Shown: positions 50,433 through 61,582 of the stretch, one piece after another
Layout: each line of letters opens with the position of its first letter
How positions within the stretch are numbered: position 1 is the stretch's first letter
Assembly (NCBI GenBank): GCA_963734155.1
Contig: CAVTGG010000002.1
Span: 86,615 to 150,614, forward strand
Length of the DNA stretch: 64,000 nt
Direction: 5' to 3'
From: an uncultured Acidobacteriota bacterium
Lineage (GTDB): Bacteria > Acidobacteriota > Thermoanaerobaculia > Gp7-AA8
Made by a program: the position numbers and the translations under genes
The notes under the pieces: model-generated
Told to the model about the DNA's origin: nothing
The model's input: the letters and a program-made list of their open reading frames with translations, nothing else
Databases searched by the model: none

Positions 50433-51854
50433 TCACCGCGTGAAAATTCGATCTCCCCATTCGAAGCGCACCGGCTCGCCTTTATCGTCGAAGACGAACT
50501 GCACGGCCTGCGGCTCGTCATCGAGAAAGTCGGCGATGAAAGCGTCGCCGCCCGTCGGGATGAGCTCGGCCTTCACCACGCCGAGCTGCGCGTACAAGCG
50601 TCCGCCGCTTTCCGTCACGTCGAGGCGTCCGAGGCGATCGTAGTGGAACGTGCCGGCGTAACGCGCGAGCGGACGTCCGGCCGTTTTGCGATCGGCGAGA
50701 CGCGCGTCCCATGGCGCGCGTTGCTCGCGCGACTTCTGCGCCGCAACGACGGCTTTCGCGATCGCGTCGTTCCACTTCGCGTCGAGGTTCGGCTTGCCGA
50801 GGAGGAGATCGTAGGCGTACATCGCCACGGCGTCGGCGACGGCGGCGCCGCCGTTGGAGAAGACGGCCACGCCGATGCGGCGATCGGGCATGAAGGAGAT
50901 GAACGAGTACGCGCCGCCGATGCCGCCGGGGCGATGCACGATCAGGTCGCCTTCGTAATCGCCGAGGTCCTCGCCGAGTCCCCACGCCCACCGATCGAGA
51001 TAGCGGAACCGCGCCTTGCGCGTCGTCTGCGCGGACTGCACCATGCGCACCGCTTTCTTCGGCAGGATGCCGTTGCCGTCGTTGATCATCGCGATGAGCC
51101 ACTTCGCGGTGTCGGCGCTCGTCGTGAACGTGCCGCCGGCCGGGCCCATCGTCTCGGGAAATTTCCCCTCGGTGCGCACGAACACGTTCGGCGCGGTGGA
51201 GCGATAAAAGCGTACGTACGGCGCACCCGCGGGCGGGAACGCGCTCGTCGTCGCGCTCATCCCGAGCGGCGCGAAGACTTTTGCCTCCGTGAGGTCCTGC
51301 CACTGCTGGCCGGTGACGCGGCGGATGACACGCGCAGCGATGTCGTAGCTCATGTTCGAGTAGGTCGAAGACTTGCGGGGCAGTTCGCGTGAGTACGTCG
51401 CGAGCAGGCGAAGCGCTTCCGCATCATCGACGTTGCCGAGCGCGCCGGCGCGAAAGTTCAGCGTGTTGTTGTCGAGGCCTGGACGCATGGCCAGAAAGTC
51501 GCGCAGCGAAAACCGTTTCGGATCGAGCGGCGGCGTCAGTTTCAATTCCGGCCAGAGCTCGCTCAGCGGTGCGTCGAGATCGATCTTCCCCTCGGTGGCG
51601 AGGATCGCGGCCATCATCGCCGTGAAGGCTTTCGTCGACGAGCCGATGTAGAAACGCGTGTCGGGCGTGACCGGCAGCTTCGCTTCGACGTCGCGCACTC
51701 CGAAGTCGCCGCGATAGATGACCTTGTCGTCTTTCACGACGACGACGGTCAGGCCGGGCGTCGTGCCGAGCTCGCGCATCGCTTTCTGCGCGAAGGCTTC
51801 GATCTGATTTGCGCGGACGTCGGCGAGGAGAAGAAGCGTGAGCAGGAGGTTCAT
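50433..51854 (-). CDS. Serine hydrolase (beta-lactamase family), secreted
   Basis: ATG 51854 gives MNLLLTLLLLADVRA.., with the SxxK motif IGSSTKAF. The 635-aa ORF-track call is a 5' run-on across the AraC gene. Confidence 0.75.
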   Translation of the reverse strand: MNLLLTLLLLADVRANQIEAFAQKAMRELGTTPGLTVVVVKDDKVIYRGDFGVRDVEAKLPVTPDTRFYIGSSTKAFTAMMAAILATEGKIDLDAPLSELWPELKLTPPLDPKRFSLRDFLAMRPGLDNNTLNFRAGALGNVDDAEALRLLATYSRELPRKSSTYSNMSYDIAARVIRRVTGQQWQDLTEAKVFAPLGMSATTSAFPPAGAPYVRFYRSTAPNVFVRTEGKFPETMGPAGGTFTTSADTAKWLIAMINDGNGILPKKAVRMVQSAQTTRKARFRYLDRWAWGLGEDLGDYEGDLIVHRPGGIGGAYSFISFMPDRRIGVAVFSNGGAAVADAVAMYAYDLLLGKPNLDAKWNDAIAKAVVAAQKSREQRAPWDARLADRKTAGRPLARYAGTFHYDRLGRLDVTESGGRLYAQLGVVKAELIPTGGDAFIADFLDDEPQAVQFVFDDKGEPVRFEWGDRIFTR

Positions 51855-51901
51855 GCGCGCATCATCGGTCGGCGGCGCGCGGATTTCTTGAACGTTTGAA
51901 A

Positions 51902-52594
51902 CTACGCGCGGGCCATGCGCCGGAACGCCGCGGGCGTGAGGCCCATGCAGCGGAGGAAGACGCGGTTCATGTGCGGCTGATCGCTGAATCCGCTGTCGAG
52001 CGCGATGTCGGCGAGCGGCGCGGCGGTCGAGCCGAGGCGGTGCGCGGCGGCGCGGACGCGCAGCTGCTGCACGTACTCGCGCGGACTGCAGCCCCATTGC
52101 AGGCGGAAGACACGCGCGAGGTAGACGCGATGCACGCCCAGCTCGCGCGCGACCTGCGGGACCGCGGGAAACGCCTCTTCGAGCATGCGCGCCGCGCGCG
52201 TGGCGATCACGCGATCGGTCGTGATCGGCGAGGGCAACGCGCCGACGAGATCGTCGACATCTTCTGCAACGTCCTCGCCGCCGAGAAAGCGCTTCGCGAC
52301 GCGCATCGCCGCGTTCGTCGCCGCGCCGAGGCGATGCCATGCGTAGCCGCGCAAGGGCAAGTCATCGCCGGCGGTTGTGTCGAGACAAATGATGCGCGCG
52401 GCGCCGAAGGCATTCGCGTGCATCACGCCCGCGGGCTTGACGATGATGTCGCCCGCGCAGCCCTCGTACGAAACGCCGCCCGACTCCTCGCGCATCGTCC
52501 CGCGCAAGAGGACGCTGATCTGCAGCTCGTCGTGCGCGTGACGCGGCATCAGCTCGCCCACGTCATAGCGCATGTCGCGAATGCGGAAGGTCAC
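51902..52594 (-). CDS. AraC family transcriptional regulator (cupin-like N-domain plus HTH)
   Basis: The C-terminal region reads ..YVQQLRVRAAAHRLGSTAAPLADIALDSGFSDQPHMNRVFLRCMGLTPAAFRR. Confidence 0.8.
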   Translation of the reverse strand: MTFRIRDMRYDVGELMPRHAHDELQISVLLRGTMREESGGVSYEGCAGDIIVKPAGVMHANAFGAARIICLDTTAGDDLPLRGYAWHRLGAATNAAMRVAKRFLGGEDVAEDVDDLVGALPSPITTDRVIATRAARMLEEAFPAVPQVARELGVHRVYLARVFRLQWGCSPREYVQQLRVRAAAHRLGSTAAPLADIALDSGFSDQPHMNRVFLRCMGLTPAAFRRMARA

Positions 52595-52669
52595 ACTCTT
52601 TGTACGTCGGAAAGGGGGGTGACGTTAACGGAGGGGTAGGGATTTCGGACGGATTGCAACTCCCGGAGT

Positions 52670-54241
52670 ATGAGCACACCGCCGCTACCGGTGATTCTCG
52701 AGATGCATCAGGCGGGGAAAGGAGACCTGCTCCGCATCGTCGGCGGCGGGCAGAGCATCATCATCGATTCCGGAACCGCGGATCGCAGCGAAAGACTTCG
52801 CCGGCTGCTGGCGGAAATGCCGTGTGAGCTGCTCGTGCTGACTCACCTCGACGCCGATCACTTCGGCGGCCTTCAGCAGCTGGTCCAGGAGCACTTCGAC
52901 GGCAAGGCCAACGAGGTCCGGTGGCCCGCGGAGATCGTGGTCAACGATTTCGAGCCGCGCGAGGCGGTGGAGTCGGTGCGCGCAGTCGTCGGTGCCGATG
53001 ACCCGATCAATCTCGATTCGTTGATCGCTCAGGCTCGCGAATGGCAGGCGGCGGGGCGCGAGTCGACGTCGGTGGTTACGTCGACGCGTGAACGGCGGCC
53101 ATGCCATCGACACGGACGACTCCGGCGATCATCGAAGCGGATGACGCGGCATTCGAGTATCTCGCTGCATCATCTCCGGAACAACCGCGACGATGGTTTG
53201 TCGAAGACGCATACGTCGTTGCGGACCTTCGACAAGCTTTCTCACGAATACGGCGATGAGGCAGCTCATCGACATGGTTCATCAGTTCGCAGAGGATGGT
53301 TCTTCAGAGAAGGCGGCAACGCATATCGCCAAAACGAACGCGTGTTTTTGCTCGACAGCGGCGCCGTACTGGTCACGCGGCGTTCTCAGACACGACGGCC
53401 CGGCATCTCCGTCTTCATCAACGATCCGTCGCTCGTCGATGGGACCGAAGGCACCATTCCAGCCGGCCTTCCGCCGCCGGTGCGCGGCCTTCTTCACCTG
53501 GCGCAGGAAGGGCCGCAGATTCTCGAATCCGTGAAGCTCGCGTCCGAAACCATGACTCTCATCGAAGCCCTCCGCAAGATCGTGGGGAAAGACAAGGTCA
53601 CATTCGCGCAGGTGGAAAAACGACCGCGAATCTCTGCGCTACACGACGCATTGATGCTGCATGTCGTGGGACCGGACGAACCGGAGCTGCGCGGGCTGCG
53701 AGAGAAGTGGCGAGAGATTCGCGAGCGCGGCCAAATTCATGTGGGCATGCGGCACACGGCATTCCTCGAGGCAACGTTTTTCGCCGCCGATGCAGGACGG
53801 TTCCGGATGGATACGTCGGTGACGAATCGATCGAGCATTCAGCTCATCGCGGATACGGCGCTCGGAAGAGCGGTCCTCACCGGAGATGGGCGCCCCGATA
53901 CGCTGGATCGCGTCGTCGAGACCCTGAGCTCGTTGCCGTCGCGGCGTTGCCTTGTATTCAAAGCCGCCCATCACGGGAGTGACCACAACATCGATCTCCG
54001 CCAGGATCCGAACAAGATTCTGAACCGGTTCCAGCCGAAGCAAATCTGGGTCAGCGGCGGCGACAAGTTCCATCCGGCGCGCGAATTCCTGCGTTACCTT
54101 CATGAGCAACGGCAGCATGTCCCATTCGAGATCGCGGTGACGAACGCGAATGAGAATGTGCGGGCGATGCAGCCGCGCCTGCCGATTCGACTCATGGAAG
54201 ACGACGCACCGTTCACCTGCGATCTCAATTCGCCGGCTTGA
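52670..54241 (+). CDS. MBL-fold (ComEC/Rec2-type) metallo-hydrolase-like protein with a long unrecognised insert; centre possibly frame-corrupted
   Basis: The N-terminal region reads ILEMHQAGKGDLLRIVGGGQSIIIDSG ... LLVLTHLDADHFGG (HxDxDH) and the C-terminal region reads VFKAAHHGSDHN. G+C is lower than in the neighbours. The 53090-53340 segment translates as an Arg/His/Ser-rich stretch in the open frame. Confidence 0.5.
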   Translation: MSTPPLPVILEMHQAGKGDLLRIVGGGQSIIIDSGTADRSERLRRLLAEMPCELLVLTHLDADHFGGLQQLVQEHFDGKANEVRWPAEIVVNDFEPREAVESVRAVVGADDPINLDSLIAQAREWQAAGRESTSVVTSTRERRPCHRHGRLRRSSKRMTRHSSISLHHLRNNRDDGLSKTHTSLRTFDKLSHEYGDEAAHRHGSSVRRGWFFREGGNAYRQNERVFLLDSGAVLVTRRSQTRRPGISVFINDPSLVDGTEGTIPAGLPPPVRGLLHLAQEGPQILESVKLASETMTLIEALRKIVGKDKVTFAQVEKRPRISALHDALMLHVVGPDEPELRGLREKWREIRERGQIHVGMRHTAFLEATFFAADAGRFRMDTSVTNRSSIQLIADTALGRAVLTGDGRPDTLDRVVETLSSLPSRRCLVFKAAHHGSDHNIDLRQDPNKILNRFQPKQIWVSGGDKFHPAREFLRYLHEQRQHVPFEIAVTNANENVRAMQPRLPIRLMEDDAPFTCDLNSPA

Positions 54242-55295
54242 TCACGCCGCGACACTCGCCGAAGCCGATCCGCGGCAGGCCTTCGCGCTCGCAGTACGCA
54301 CGCAGGATCACCTCGTCGCCGTCTTCGAGAAACTTCTGCCCCAGCTCGAGCAGGCATCCGGCCGACTCTTTCTCCGGGCCGGAGATCGTGCCGCTGGCGA
54401 GGAGGTCGGCGGGGCGCAGGTTGCAGCCGTTCGACGTGTGATGGGCGACGAGCTGGGCGACCGTCCAGTACATGTCGCGGAAGTTGCCGCGGCTGATTCG
54501 GGCGCCGTTCAGCCAGACTTCCACGGTGATGTCGAAGGCAACGTCGTCTTCGAGATACGGCAGCACCGGATCTTCGCGCTCCGACTTCACGCGATACGGC
54601 TCGAGCGCGTCGAGCGTGACGATCCATGGAGAGATGGACGTCGCAAAGTTTTTGGCGAGGAAGGGGCCGAGAGGCTGGTACTCCCACGCCTGGATGTCGC
54701 GCGCGGACCAGTCGTTGACGAGGCAGAAGCCGAAGACGTGCTCGAGCGCGTTTTTGACGCCGACCGGCTCGCCGAGCGAATTGCCGCGGCCGATGAACAT
54801 GCCCATTTCCAGTTCGTAGTCGAGCCGCTTCGATGGACCGAAGACGGGCGGCGCATTGGCGTCGTCGCGCGTTTGTCCGCTCGGACGTTTCACCGGCGTG
54901 CCGCTGACGACGATCGACGACGAGCGGCCGTGATAGCCGATCGGGATCCATTTGTAATTCGGCAGCAGCGGATTGTCGGGGCGGAACTTCGCGCCGACGC
55001 GCGTGGCGTGATGGATCGAGGCGTAGAAGTCGGTGTAGTCGCCGATCGCCGCAGGCAGCAGCATCGTCGCGTTGCGCATCGGGATCAGCTCGACGTTCGT
55101 ATCGAGCAGCTTGCGGATGCGCTGCTTCATTTCCAACGTCCTGCCGCTCGCCATGAACGTGTTGAGCGTCGGCTCACCGATCCACGGATGGAGGTCAAGG
55201 ATGTTGTCCTCGATGGCGGTGCAGACATGCGGCTCGCCGCCGGCGTCGAAGACGCCGAATGGCAGGTTCTCGATCGGAAAGTCGGTCACAGCCAT
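54225..55295 (-). CDS. fahA: Fumarylacetoacetase
   Basis: Recognised motifs are FPIENLPFGVF, GDYTDFYASIHHATRVG, IGYHGRSSSIVVSG and DYELEMG. Confidence 0.8.
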   Translation of the reverse strand: MAVTDFPIENLPFGVFDAGGEPHVCTAIEDNILDLHPWIGEPTLNTFMASGRTLEMKQRIRKLLDTNVELIPMRNATMLLPAAIGDYTDFYASIHHATRVGAKFRPDNPLLPNYKWIPIGYHGRSSSIVVSGTPVKRPSGQTRDDANAPPVFGPSKRLDYELEMGMFIGRGNSLGEPVGVKNALEHVFGFCLVNDWSARDIQAWEYQPLGPFLAKNFATSISPWIVTLDALEPYRVKSEREDPVLPYLEDDVAFDITVEVWLNGARISRGNFRDMYWTVAQLVAHHTSNGCNLRPADLLASGTISGPEKESAGCLLELGQKFLEDGDEVILRAYCEREGLPRIGFGECRGVIKPAN

Positions 55296-55954
55296 CCCAA
55301 CTCTTTCAAATCATCGATCGGCTCTTCGAACGAGCACGAGCCGAACGAGAGCGCGAATTCTCTTCGCGTCTTCGCCAGATCTTCGGTGGTGATTTCCTTT
55401 CCGCGCCAGCTCACGGTTTCGTCCGTGAACGTGAATGCGTTCGCGTCTTCTTCGCGAAGGATTTCTTCGGCGTGATGGATCATCGCCGCGGCGATGAAGA
55501 CGTTCACGAAGCCATGCATCGCGCCGTTGCGAATCGGATGGTGCAGGCCGGCTGTCGCCTTGAAGGCTACGCCCGCTTCTTTGCACGCACGGAGAAATCC
55601 GCGACTTGTTCGACTCGAGGGAACGGCATCCCCACCGGTACGGATCTTCGCGCGGAGTCCGCGCTTCGCGAGCTCCGCGATCAGCGCGAAGTCTGTGATC
55701 TCGACGAACGCGTGCTCGCGCGCCTGCTCGAGACTCTTCACCTCGTCGACGCCGAGGACAGTCAACGGAAAGTCCGATGGCACTTCGTGCGCGCGTTCTT
55801 TGGGAACGACGAAAGGGCCGAGCGCCCACGCGTACTCGCCGTCGCGATAGCGCGCGTAATTGCGCACCGCGTCCGGCATCGACAGCGCCGCGGGCGGAAA
55901 GAGGCCGGCGTAGTCGATGAGATGGTCTAGCAGGACACGAATCGAGTTGGTCAT
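55286..55954 (-). CDS. Conserved-looking hypothetical protein embedded in the homogentisate operon (222 aa)
   Basis: ATG 55954 overlaps the hmgA stop (ATGA), and the 3' end overlaps the fahA start by 10 nt. It reads [24 protein letters not shown]... No GST-like or other family motif was recognised. Confidence 0.55.
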   Translation of the reverse strand: MTNSIRVLLDHLIDYAGLFPPAALSMPDAVRNYARYRDGEYAWALGPFVVPKERAHEVPSDFPLTVLGVDEVKSLEQAREHAFVEITDFALIAELAKRGLRAKIRTGGDAVPSSRTSRGFLRACKEAGVAFKATAGLHHPIRNGAMHGFVNVFIAAAMIHHAEEILREEDANAFTFTDETVSWRGKEITTEDLAKTRREFALSFGSCSFEEPIDDLKELGWL

Positions 55955-57205
55955 TCGGGTCGGAACTGTTTGCTCAGCCCCTGCCAGCATTGCCAGTAGT
56001 CGCGCTGCAGCGCCGGCGTCTCCATGGCGAAGCGCGTCGGATGGATGATGAAGCGGCTCTCGAACATGAACGCGAGCGTCTCGCCGAGGTAGCGAGGCTC
56101 GAGGTCGGCGCAGGACGCGGCATCGAATGTTGTGGAATCGGGACCGTGGCCGGACATGCAGTTGTGCAGGCTCGCGCCGCCGGGCACGAAGCCTTCCGCC
56201 TTCGCGTCGTAGGTTCCGAAAATCAATCCCATATATTCATTCATGATATTGCGATGAAAATAGGGCGGCCTAAATGTGTCCTCGGCGACCATCCAGCGCG
56301 GCGGGAAGATCACGAAGTCGCAGTTCGCGGTGCCGGGGAACTCGCTCGGCGACGTCAGCACGGTGAAAATCGACGGATCGGGATGATCGAACGAGACCGT
56401 GTTGATGACGTTGAAGTTGCCGAGATCGTACTTGTATGGGGCGTAATTGCCGTGCCAGCCGACGACGTCAAGCGGCGAGTGATCGATCTTCGCCGCCCAG
56501 AGGCGTCCGCCGAACTTCGCGAGCAGCGTGAAGTCGCCTTCGCGGTCTTCGTAGGCGGCGACGGGCGTGAGGAAGTCGCGCGGATTCGCGAGTCCGTTGG
56601 AGCCGATCGGGCCGAGGTCGGGCAAACGAAACGGCAATCCGAAGTTTTCGCAGACATAGCCGCGAGCGACGTCGAGCTCGACGCGGAACTTCATGCCGCG
56701 CGGGATGACCGCGATCTCGCCCGGCTTCGCCTCGATGACGCCGAGCTCCGTCTCTGATCGATCAACTCGCCGCGCTCGGGAACGATGAGCAACTCGCCAT
56801 CGGCGTCATAGAAGAAGCGGTCGGTCATCGAGCGATTCGCGCTGTAGATATGAATGCCGATTCCCGCGTTGCCGCCGATCGTGATCAGTCCTTCGACGAA
56901 ATCGCGCGGCTCGTCCGGCAACGGCATCGGATCCCATCGCAACTGCGTCGGCGGCGTCGGGACTTCATCGAACGCGCCGCGCAACCATCCCGGATCCGCT
57001 TCCGCAAACGGCTCGTGCAGCACGCTCGGACGAATGCGATACAGCCACGAGCGCTTCTGCAGGTGCCGCGGCGCGGTGAACGGCGATCCCGAAAATTGCT
57101 CCGCGTACAGCCCGTGCTTCACACGCTGCGGCGAATTTCCCCGCGCGGGCAGCACGCCCGGCAGCGCCTCGGTGGCGAATTCGTTGTTGAAGCCCGACTG
57201 ATACA

Positions 57206-57206
<1 letters not shown>
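55951..57206 (-). CDS. hmgA: Homogentisate 1,2-dioxygenase, apparent -1 frameshift near 56750-56760
   Basis: The N-terminal part is [27 protein letters not shown]... (within ORF 56691..57530). The C-terminal ORF 55951..56694 reads ..[24 protein letters not shown]... The junction reads ..VPERGELI / [23 protein letters not shown]. Confidence 0.85.
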
Positions 57207-58366
<1,160 letters not shown>

Positions 58367-58456
58367 AGGTGAAACGTGTCTTCCGAATCGCGATCGACGG
58401 GTGTAGGCTGAGAATTAGATCCTCAGGTCCATCTAGCCATTTCAGAGGCCAAAAGC

Positions 58457-61400
58457 ATGCCGTGCCTGCCGACACGCGTGATTGGTATTGCGTTTGTGGC
58501 AACCGCAGCCGCAACGCTGGGGTGCTGCCGGCATGAACAAAAATCGCCGACAGCAGAACTATTGTCCGCTTATGCCGCGCAGACCTCGCGGCCATTCACG
58601 TTGCGCCTCAGCGAGCTTCCCTATGCACCACCGCCACGCGTGACGCGCGGCGGCGACTCGAGCGTCGCGCTGTCTCTTCAGTCGGCGGCGCACGCCGTTC
58701 TAGCTGCGCCTCTCACCAATCGCCACGATGTCGACTCCGCCAAAGTTCGCGCCTCTGCGTCGATGATCCTCGGTCAGCCGGCCAGTGCCGTATCCGCGCT
58801 GAAGAAAGAATTGGAGACACATTCGAAGGACGGTGGACTCTGGAACGATTACGCGGTCGCACTATATGAGGTTGGGAGGCGGGACAACGACCCGCAGAGT
58901 CTACCCGCCGCTCTGGCAGCCGCAGACCGGGCCGCTGCACTCTCCGGAGGTTCGGCCGACGCAGCGTTCAATCGTGCTTCGATTCTCGACGCCCTTGCAC
59001 TGCGCGCCGCGGCGTCCGTCGCCTGGAAACACTATCTCGATCTCGATCCGGGCTCACAGTGGGCCGATGAGGCGCGTCGAGCGCTTGCCGACAATCAACG
59101 ACCGGATCAGACAAAGCGTTGGCGTACCGAACTACCGGCGCTCGAAGGCGCCGTGGCGGCGGGCGATACGAGAGCAGTGGACGCGGCGATCGTAATGTTT
59201 CCTCAACAAATCAGAACATGGGGCGAGGGCGAGTATTTGTCGCGATGGGCGGAACTTCGTCTCAGTGGCAAGGACGCCGAAGCACGACAGGCATTGAACA
59301 TCGCCCGTATGTTTGGAGATCGGCTTGCTGCAAAAAAGGGCGAGATGCTCTTGCAGAACGCGGTTGCGGCCATCGATCGCGAATCACCGGTCGGTATGGA
59401 TGCACTAGCACGCGCACATATTCTTTATAAACGCGCGCGGCTCCTCGTAAGAGACCGGAAGCCTTCAGAAGCGGACCCGATTTTCACTGAGGCAGAACGT
59501 GCATTCGCAGGCGCCGGAAGTCCGATGGAGCTGGTGACGCTCTACTATCACGCCGTCGCCGTGTTCGACCAGAGGAGCGCGGAGCGTGCCATCGAATATC
59601 TCGACAGAATCGAAGCGCGAATTCGCCGCGATTTCCTGGTACTGAATGCCCAAGTGTTAGGGGAACGCGCCCGCATCATGGGTCGCCGCGACGATCCCTA
59701 TGGAATGCTGGCAACTGCCACCAAGGCCAGCGAAATCTTCGCACGCCTCGGCGAAACTGAAAATGCGGCATGGAACCGTATCGCCGTCGCGTCCATGCTG
59801 TTCTCGCTCGGACGGCCGAAAGAAGCGTGGCGCGTTCGGAGAGAAACATTCGAAGTGGCTCGCGAAACCGGATCCGCGGCTCTTCTTCAGCAGTCCCTCC
59901 ACAATACCGTGGGCGCGGAAATGGCCGAAGGGCATCTTGACGCCGCGCAGTCGCTGCTCGATGTCCTGATCCAGACAGAAGGACCCTCGCCCTTGCTCCG
60001 TTTCAGTACGCATCTTTCGCGGGCGTTCGTGGCCTATCGTCTTGGTGAGAAACAGAGCGCCACAATATTCGCCCAATTACAGACGGCCACCGAGGCGGTG
60101 GAGGATCCGGCCCTACGCGATGAGGCGCGCGATCGTCTCCGATTTTTCGAAGCAGTCGCCAACGGCAATACAGAGCCCGATCGCGCAATACGTCTTCTCG
60201 ACGAGACCATCGCGTTTCGGCGGCAAACGCGGCGACTCTCCCAGCTTGCAACCGCACAATTCGAGCGGGCGCGTACGCTGCGTTCCGACGGAATGCTGGA
60301 TGAAGCCGCCGCCACGTTGAATGCCGCTCTTGAAACACTGGAGACTCAACGAGAACGGGTTCCCGGTGAGGATTTTCGCGATTCGTATTTCGCGTCGGCA
60401 GAGGACGTTTGCAGTGAGCTGGCTGAAGTACACCTATCGCGTGGAAGACCGGAGCAGGCGTTCAGCGCCATCGATCGTTGCCGGGCACGCACACTTCTCG
60501 ATCTCATGAAGCACCCCCCGGGCACTTCGCCTGCGGTTACGCTCGACGAAGTCCAGCAGAAGATCCCCGACGGCACAGCACTCGTCCTGTACGCGCCGCT
60601 CGCGGACCAGCTCATGATTTGGTGCGTAACACGGACGAAGCGTGAATTCCGAAGCATCTCCGTACCACGGCTGGCGATCGAGTCCGGTCTTGAGGGTTTG
60701 CGAACGGCGATGCAGCAACGCGACGGCAATCGTATCGACGCGACGGTCGAACGACTGAGCGATCTGCTCACGAAGCCGATTGATACAATGGTTGGCATCC
60801 CGGAGCGACTCGTGATCGTTCCGGATGCGTTGCTGGCAGCAGTGCCTTTCTCGATTCTTCAGGACCGGGCCGGCCACGCGCTCGTCGAGCGATCCACGAT
60901 CTCGCTGGTACCGAGTGCAGCAGTCTTCACACGCGCGCACCCTCGGCACGAACCGCCGCGCTCAGCACTGGTCTTGGGAGATCCCTCATTCCTCGCCGAT
61001 GTTGCCGGCCCGCTGGAACGCCTGGTCGCGGCGCGGGACGAAGCGCGCGGAATCGGCGCCATGTACCGGCAATCAGTCGTATTGACGGATGACGCCGCGA
61101 CCGCCGTGCGCTTTCTCGAGCTCGCGCCTCAGCAGCAGATGATTCACCTCGCGACGCACGCGTTGTTATCGGCGCGCGACGCGCGAGACTCTGCGTTGGC
61201 ACTTGCACCATCCGGCTCCGACAACGGGATGCTCACTCTTCAACGCATTGCCTTGATGAAGCTGCAGCCGAATTCGATCGTGGTGCTGGCGGGCTGTAAG
61301 ACAGGCGCATTCGGCGGCGGCCGTGGCTCCATTCGAAGCCTCTCGTACGCCTTTCTTGCGGCAGGCAGCTATGCTTCCGTTGGAAGCCTCTGGGACATCG

Positions 61401-61570
61401 ACGATGAAACGAGTCGCTCATTTTCATTCGCGTTTCACCAGCGGATCCTTCGCGCAATGACGCCTGCAAGCGCGCTGCGCGATACACAACTGCAAATGCG
61501 AAGATCCCACGATCCACGCCTGAGCCACCCCGCCGCGTGGGCTGGTTATCAATTGTACGCGATCCAATAA
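58457..61570 (+). CDS. TPR-repeat CHAT-domain (caspase-like) protease, possible lipoprotein
   Basis: It is 1037 aa. The N-terminal MPCLPTRVIGIAFVATAAATLGCC is signal/lipobox-like, followed by ~700 aa of TPR-like helices. The C-terminal CHAT domain has MIHLATHA (61139..61162) and VVLAGCKTG (Cys codon 61295..61297). Confidence 0.8.
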   Translation: MPCLPTRVIGIAFVATAAATLGCCRHEQKSPTAELLSAYAAQTSRPFTLRLSELPYAPPPRVTRGGDSSVALSLQSAAHAVLAAPLTNRHDVDSAKVRASASMILGQPASAVSALKKELETHSKDGGLWNDYAVALYEVGRRDNDPQSLPAALAAADRAAALSGGSADAAFNRASILDALALRAAASVAWKHYLDLDPGSQWADEARRALADNQRPDQTKRWRTELPALEGAVAAGDTRAVDAAIVMFPQQIRTWGEGEYLSRWAELRLSGKDAEARQALNIARMFGDRLAAKKGEMLLQNAVAAIDRESPVGMDALARAHILYKRARLLVRDRKPSEADPIFTEAERAFAGAGSPMELVTLYYHAVAVFDQRSAERAIEYLDRIEARIRRDFLVLNAQVLGERARIMGRRDDPYGMLATATKASEIFARLGETENAAWNRIAVASMLFSLGRPKEAWRVRRETFEVARETGSAALLQQSLHNTVGAEMAEGHLDAAQSLLDVLIQTEGPSPLLRFSTHLSRAFVAYRLGEKQSATIFAQLQTATEAVEDPALRDEARDRLRFFEAVANGNTEPDRAIRLLDETIAFRRQTRRLSQLATAQFERARTLRSDGMLDEAAATLNAALETLETQRERVPGEDFRDSYFASAEDVCSELAEVHLSRGRPEQAFSAIDRCRARTLLDLMKHPPGTSPAVTLDEVQQKIPDGTALVLYAPLADQLMIWCVTRTKREFRSISVPRLAIESGLEGLRTAMQQRDGNRIDATVERLSDLLTKPIDTMVGIPERLVIVPDALLAAVPFSILQDRAGHALVERSTISLVPSAAVFTRAHPRHEPPRSALVLGDPSFLADVAGPLERLVAARDEARGIGAMYRQSVVLTDDAATAVRFLELAPQQQMIHLATHALLSARDARDSALALAPSGSDNGMLTLQRIALMKLQPNSIVVLAGCKTGAFGGGRGSIRSLSYAFLAAGSYASVGSLWDIDDETSRSFSFAFHQRILRAMTPASALRDTQLQMRRSHDPRLSHPAAWAGYQLYAIQ

Positions 61571-61582
61571 GGAGGAGGAGTC

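Noticed and set aside
51855-52340. The 635-aa version of the serine hydrolase ORF, which extends over the AraC gene.
   Set aside because: The signal peptide MNLLLTLLLLADV starts at ATG 51854. The upstream part is Arg-rich and overlaps the well-supported AraC regulator in another frame.
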